A DNA stretch of 64,000 nt from an uncultured delta proteobacterium (GTDB taxonomy: Bacteria; Desulfobacterota; Binatia; HRBIN30; BPIQ01), in contig CAVXGR010000009.1 of NCBI GenBank assembly GCA_963761335.1, positions 32,001 through 96,000 of the forward strand, in the 5' to 3' direction. Below, one piece after another: positions 59,307-64,000 of the stretch. The notes under the pieces are model-generated. The model saw only the letters and a program-made list of their open reading frames with translations. It was not told the origin of the DNA and did no database searches. How positions within the stretch are numbered: position 1 is the first letter of the stretch; each line of letters starts with the position of its first letter. The translations under genes and the position numbers were made by a program.

Positions 59307-60458
59307 ATGCAGATCCGTCCACTGCTTCAGGAAATGGTCGACTCGGGAGCATCCGATCTCTACCTGATGGCCAACAGCCCACCAATACTGCGCGTCGAAG
59401 GCCTCAACCGGCCGATCGGGGCGACCCTCCTGAACGACCAGGACACCGTCGCTCTCGCCGACGAGGTGATGAACGCGGAGGAGCGCGCCCTCTTCCAGCA
59501 GACCAAGGAAATGAACCTCGGCCTCACCGTCGAGAGCCTCGGCCGCTTCCGCGTCAACGTGCTCCAGCAGCGCGGCAGCGTCGGCCTCGTCCTGCGCCAC
59601 ATCAAGATGGAGATCCCCAGCCTCGAGGCGCTGGGTCTGCCGCCGATTCTGCAGGACATCATCGTGACCAGGCGCGGCCTGATTCTGGTGACCGGCGCCA
59701 CCGGATCGGGGAAATCGACGACCCTGGCTTCGATGATCGACTACCGCAACCAGCACACCAGGGGGCACATCATCACCATCGAGGACCCGGTGGAGTTCCT
59801 CCACCCGAACCGGAGCTGCCTGGTCACCCAGCGCGAGGTGGGCACGGACACGGTCTCCTTTGCGGCGGCGCTGAAGAACACCCTGCGGCAGGCGCCCGAC
59901 GTCATCCTCATCGGCGAGATCCGCGACGCGGAGACCATGGAAGCCGCCATCACCTTTGCCGACACCGGCCATCTCTGCCTCGGCACGCTACACTCGAGCA
60001 ACGCCAACCAGACGCTCCAGCGGGTCATGAACTTCTTTCCCGGAGCCCGCCATTCGGAAATCTACCTGCAGCTGTCGATGAACCTGCGCGCCATCCTCTC
60101 GCAGCGACTGGTGAGCGGCGTGGACGGCAGGCGCGTCGCGGCTCTCGAGATCCTGCTCGACACGCCCTGGATCAAGGAGCTGGTAAGGAAGGGCGAGGTC
60201 GACACGCTCAAGGAGGCCATGCACCGCGACAGCAAGGAGGGCTGTCAGACCTTCGACCAGGCGCTGGCGCAGCTGTACTCCGAGCGGCGCATCAGCACCG
60301 AAGAGGCGCTGGCCAACGCCGACAGCCGCAACAACCTGCGCATCAAGCTGAACGAGGTCGACCACCGGCTCGCCGCGCGACCCGCCGTCGAGGAGGAGGA
60401 GATCGAGACGGAGCCCCCGGGCCCCGCCGACGAGTTGGCCTTCCGCCTGGAGGTTTGA
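59307..60458 (+). CDS. pilU: Type IV pilus retraction ATPase, PilU-like
   Basis: GATGSGKSTT, EDPVE, LRQAPDVILIGEIRD, TLHSSNANQ, NADSRNNLR. Confidence 0.85.
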   Translation: MQIRPLLQEMVDSGASDLYLMANSPPILRVEGLNRPIGATLLNDQDTVALADEVMNAEERALFQQTKEMNLGLTVESLGRFRVNVLQQRGSVGLVLRHIKMEIPSLEALGLPPILQDIIVTRRGLILVTGATGSGKSTTLASMIDYRNQHTRGHIITIEDPVEFLHPNRSCLVTQREVGTDTVSFAAALKNTLRQAPDVILIGEIRDAETMEAAITFADTGHLCLGTLHSSNANQTLQRVMNFFPGARHSEIYLQLSMNLRAILSQRLVSGVDGRRVAALEILLDTPWIKELVRKGEVDTLKEAMHRDSKEGCQTFDQALAQLYSERRISTEEALANADSRNNLRIKLNEVDHRLAARPAVEEEEIETEPPGPADELAFRLEV

Positions 60459-60587
60459 TCCCGGAAGGGGCGGCGTTTGCCGCTCGATCTGCCGGGCAGC
60501 GGTGCGCGAGCGTCGCATATTCTCGAAGTTGGGAAGCGGCGTGAAGAAGCTCCCGCCTCTGGTCACCGGCGCCAACAATCGACGACG

Positions 60588-60603
60588 TGGCACGGGGTTC
60601 GCT
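60588..60603 (+). promoter_or_regulatory. Possible sigma-54 promoter for the RND operon
   Basis: TGGCACGGGGTTCGCT (GG-N10-GC) about 20 bp upstream of the ATG at 60623. Confidence 0.5.
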
Positions 60604-60622
60604 CCAAGCAACGGCTACGCTC

Positions 60623-61732
60623 ATGCGCTCATCGACCCTCCTGCTCGCCACCTGCTGGCTCGCGGCCGTTTCCAGCTGTGCGCAGCAGGGACTCTCCGAC
60701 GACGGCGGGCGTGCCCCGCTGCCGGACCTGGTGGTCGAGGTCACCACCGCGCGCGTCCGGCTGGGTGAGATCAGCCAGCTTGTGGTCGCCCCCGGCAGCG
60801 TCATCGCCAAACGCGAGAGCCGCATCGGCGCCGAGGTCTCCGGCCCCATCGCCGAGGTGTACGTCTCCGAGGGCGATCGGGTGGAGGCCGGACAGCCGCT
60901 CTTCCAGATCGATGCAGAGCCCTACGAGATCGGGCTGCGGCAAGCCGAGGCGGTGCAAGACGTCGCCCGCGCCGAGCGATTGCAGATCGCCGCCGACCTG
61001 CGGCGCGGCACGACGCTGCGGCACCAGAACGTCATGGCGCAGCAGGAGCTCGACCGCCTCGCCACCTCCCTCGCCGTCGCCCAAGCGCGCGAGCGGCAGG
61101 CAAGCGAGGCGGTGGCGCTGGCGCGTCACAACCTGGATCGAACCCGGATCGTGGCCCCGTACGCGGGCTCCATCGCCGCCCGCCTGGCGGACGAGGGAAC
61201 CACCGCCCTGGTGCAGCCGCAGACGATCGTCATCGTGCTGCAGGAGACCGACGAGCTCGAGGCCAGCGCCGCCATTCCCGAGAGCCAGCTCGCCCTGGTG
61301 CAGCTGGGTGACGCGGCCACCATCCGCGTCGAGGGAATTCCCGAGCCGATCCGGACCCAGGTCTCGGCGGTGAGCGATTCCATCGATCCGGCAACGCGCA
61401 CTTACATGGTCAAGATGAAGGTCCCCAACCGCGACCGCCGCCTGAAGGCCGGGGTCTTCGCGCACGTGCGTATCTCGCCGCAGCCCAAGCGCCAGGTGGT
61501 GCTGGTGCCGCGCCAAGCGGTGCGCACCGAGGACGGTCGGACCCGCGTCTTCGCCGTGCGCGACGGGCGCGCCGTCGCCGTGCCCGTCGATGTCGGCATG
61601 CTCTCCGAGCAGGACGCCGAGATCCTCCACGGTCTCAGCTCGGGGGACGAGATCATCGTCGGCGCCGCGGCGCAGACGATCGCGCCGGAGATGGCGGTGC
61701 GCGTCAGTCGGGGCGCCGCCGACGCCCCATGA
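60623..61732 (+). CDS. RND efflux periplasmic adaptor (MFP), lipoprotein
   Basis: VSSC lipobox-like; VSEGDRVEAGQPL, IVAPYAG, IDPATRT, LKAGVF. Confidence 0.92.
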   Translation: MRSSTLLLATCWLAAVSSCAQQGLSDDGGRAPLPDLVVEVTTARVRLGEISQLVVAPGSVIAKRESRIGAEVSGPIAEVYVSEGDRVEAGQPLFQIDAEPYEIGLRQAEAVQDVARAERLQIAADLRRGTTLRHQNVMAQQELDRLATSLAVAQARERQASEAVALARHNLDRTRIVAPYAGSIAARLADEGTTALVQPQTIVIVLQETDELEASAAIPESQLALVQLGDAATIRVEGIPEPIRTQVSAVSDSIDPATRTYMVKMKVPNRDRRLKAGVFAHVRISPQPKRQVVLVPRQAVRTEDGRTRVFAVRDGRAVAVPVDVGMLSEQDAEILHGLSSGDEIIVGAAAQTIAPEMAVRVSRGAADAP

Positions 61733-64000
61733 AGCTCGCCGACACCTGCATCCGCCGGCCGGTGTTCGCCATCATGCTCATCGGCGGCCTGGTGGTCCTC
61801 GGCATCGTCTCCATTCCGCGGCTGGGGATCGACCTCTTCCCGCGCGTCGAGTTCCCCCTGATCACCGTCACCACGGTGCTCGAGGGCGCCGCTCCCGAGA
61901 CCATGGAGCGGGAGGTGACGCAGATCCTCGAGGAGTCGATCAACACCATCGAGGGGATCCGCAGCCTGCGCAGCGCCTCGAGCGACTCGCTGTCGCTGCT
62001 CTTCGTGGAGTTCGAGCTCGAGTACGACATTCAGGAGAAGGCGCAGGAGGTGCGCGACAAGGTGGCAGCAGTGCGCGCCGAGCTGCCGCGCGACCTCGAG
62101 CCGCCGGTGGTCGATCGCGTCGATCCGGACGCCTCGCCGATCCTGGCGATCATGGTGGCCGGGCCCGACTCGATCCGCTCGCTGAGCGAGTTCGCCGACA
62201 AGCGCCTCAAGCCGCGCCTCGAGCGCATCCGCGGCGTCGGCAGCGTCACCCTGGTCGGCGATCGCGCCCGCGAGATTCGCATCTGGCTCGACCCGGTGCG
62301 CCTGAGCGGCTACGCGCTGGCGGTGGACGACGTGCTCGAGGCGCTACAACGCGAGCACGTCGAGCTTCCCGGCGGCCGCATCGAGACGCCCGCCAGCGAA
62401 TACACCATCAAGACCAAGGGCAAGATCACCAGCGCCTTGAACTTCGGCGACATCGTCGTGGTCGAGCGCGCCGGCCGCGCCATTCACCTGCGCGACATTG
62501 CGGTGGTCGAGGACGGCATGGCCGAGGAGCGCACCGTGTCCTATCTCAACGGCCGCCGCGGTGTGGCCCTGCTGGTGCGCCGCCAGTCGGGCGAGAACAC
62601 CGTCGCCGTCGTCGACGCCGTCGAGAAGCAGCTGGCGCTGATCCGCGCCGACCTGCCGCCCGGCTACCAGCTCATCGAGGCGATGGACGCCTCGCGCTTC
62701 ATTCGCAGCGCCATCCACGACGTCTCCATCGACCTGGCCTGGGGCGCACTGCTGGCGGCGGTGGTGGTTCTCCTCTTCCTGCGCAACGTGCGCACCACGC
62801 TGATCGCCGCCGTCGCCATCCCCTCGTCGCTGGTGGGCAGCTTCGTGTTCTTCTACGCCTTCGGCTTCACGCTGAACACCATGACGCTGATGGCCCTGTC
62901 GCTGTCGATCGGGCTGCTGATCGATGACGCCATCGTCGTGCTCGAGAACGTCTACCGCCACATGGAGGCCGGCGAGTCGCCGGCGCAGGCGGCGTCATCG
63001 GGTACCGCGGAGATCGGCCTGGCCGTGGTGGCGACGACGCTGGCGATCTGCGCCGTCTTCGTCCCCATCGCCTTCATGGGCGGCATCGTCGGCCGCTTCT
63101 TCCGCGAGTTCGGCCTGGTCGCCACCTTCGCGGTGCTCAACTCGATGCTGGTGGCGCTGACCCTCACGCCGATGATGTGCTCCCGGGTTCTGCGCCTGCA
63201 GGAGCATCGCGGGCGCGCCTATCGACTGCTCGAGTCCGGCTACGTGGCGCTGGAGAACCACTACCGCCGCGTGCTCGCTTGGGGGCTGCGGCACCGCCTG
63301 GCGGTGGTGGCGCTGGCGCTGGCGGCGGTCGCCGGCGGCATGGCGATCGCCAGGCGCGTCCCCGTCGACTTTCTCACCACCGAGGACCGCAGCGAGTTCA
63401 ACGTCTGGCTCAAGCTGCCGCTCGGCTCGACCGTCGGGCAGACGCAGGCGGCGGTGCGCACCGTCGAGGCGGAGCTGCGGCAGCAACCGGAGGTGCGCAA
63501 CGTCTTCAGCACCATCGGCAGCGGCGTCAAGAAGCGCGTCAATGAGGCGGTACTGTACGTGCAGATGGCGCCCAAGGAAGCGCGCCGGCGCGGCCAGGTG
63601 GCTCTCATGGCCGAGATGCGCCGGCGCATTCCCACGCTCGGATTCCGTCTCAGCGAGTTCGCCGTCGAGGAGGTGCCGCTGATCAGCTTCCCCGGAGCGC
63701 GCAGCGCACAGCTCATGTACGCCCTGCGCGGCCCCGACATCGACCACCTGCAGCGGCTGGCGAACGAGCTGATGGCGCGCATGCGCCAGGCCGGGGGCTA
63801 TGCCGATCTGGCGACCTCGTACGAGACCGGAAAGCCCGAGATCGCCCTCGACATCGACCGCGGCCGCGCCGCCGACCTGGGCGTTCCGGCGCTGCAGATC
63901 GGCCGCACCATCGCTGCCATGGTGGCCGGGTTCGAGGCCACCACCTTCGAGGAGAACGGCGAGCGCTACAACGTGCGCCTGCAGGTGAGCCCGCAGTATC
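61729..64000 (+). CDS. RND efflux transporter, AcrB/HAE1 family (runs off the window end)
   Basis: [55 protein letters not shown] overlap with MFP. Confidence 0.93.
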   Translation, partial: MKLADTCIRRPVFAIMLIGGLVVLGIVSIPRLGIDLFPRVEFPLITVTTVLEGAAPETMEREVTQILEESINTIEGIRSLRSASSDSLSLLFVEFELEYDIQEKAQEVRDKVAAVRAELPRDLEPPVVDRVDPDASPILAIMVAGPDSIRSLSEFADKRLKPRLERIRGVGSVTLVGDRAREIRIWLDPVRLSGYALAVDDVLEALQREHVELPGGRIETPASEYTIKTKGKITSALNFGDIVVVERAGRAIHLRDIAVVEDGMAEERTVSYLNGRRGVALLVRRQSGENTVAVVDAVEKQLALIRADLPPGYQLIEAMDASRFIRSAIHDVSIDLAWGALLAAVVVLLFLRNVRTTLIAAVAIPSSLVGSFVFFYAFGFTLNTMTLMALSLSIGLLIDDAIVVLENVYRHMEAGESPAQAASSGTAEIGLAVVATTLAICAVFVPIAFMGGIVGRFFREFGLVATFAVLNSMLVALTLTPMMCSRVLRLQEHRGRAYRLLESGYVALENHYRRVLAWGLRHRLAVVALALAAVAGGMAIARRVPVDFLTTEDRSEFNVWLKLPLGSTVGQTQAAVRTVEAELRQQPEVRNVFSTIGSGVKKRVNEAVLYVQMAPKEARRRGQVALMAEMRRRIPTLGFRLSEFAVEEVPLISFPGARSAQLMYALRGPDIDHLQRLANELMARMRQAGGYADLATSYETGKPEIALDIDRGRAADLGVPALQIGRTIAAMVAGFEATTFEENGERYNVRLQVSPQY

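Noticed and set aside
59046..59972. 685-aa PurM fusion
   Set aside because: The extension is antisense to pilU; PurM similarity starts near 59045.

Overview
GC-rich bacterial DNA. The gene content (many acyl-CoA/lipid catabolic enzymes, PT-linker plus dockerin-like secreted proteins, IPTL-CTERM-like tails) is suggestive of a Binatia-like deltaproteobacterium; this is an inference only. There are about 55 genes: MacB/TolC and RND efflux systems, adh-fadD-fadE, a DUF35/thiolase-like pair, a P450, SDRs, 2-oxoacid dehydrogenase E1a/E1b/E2, a MenA-like prenyltransferase, ClC, purM, pilU, GH8, and toxin-antitoxin-type modules (MNT/HEPN, Phd/PIN, Fic) plus a Uma2 nuclease. I found no rRNA, tRNA, CRISPR array, transposase or integrase. 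Intergenic DNA is densely populated by several palindromic (REP-like) repeat families. The strongest unexplained signal is a non-coding element of 286-425 bp present four times. It has asymmetric conserved ends, always splits the same REP arm at GCCTG^TCCCC with a CTG duplication, and carries either of two unrelated REP doublets as cargo. A second candidate is a pair of paralogous exported proteins with an internal IPTL-CTERM-like anchor followed by a second signal-peptide-like segment, with an apparently circularly permuted domain. Many genes at 9-21 kb and 46.8-53 kb carry small frameshifts that may be sequencing errors. All product calls come from motif recognition by eye, not from database searches.
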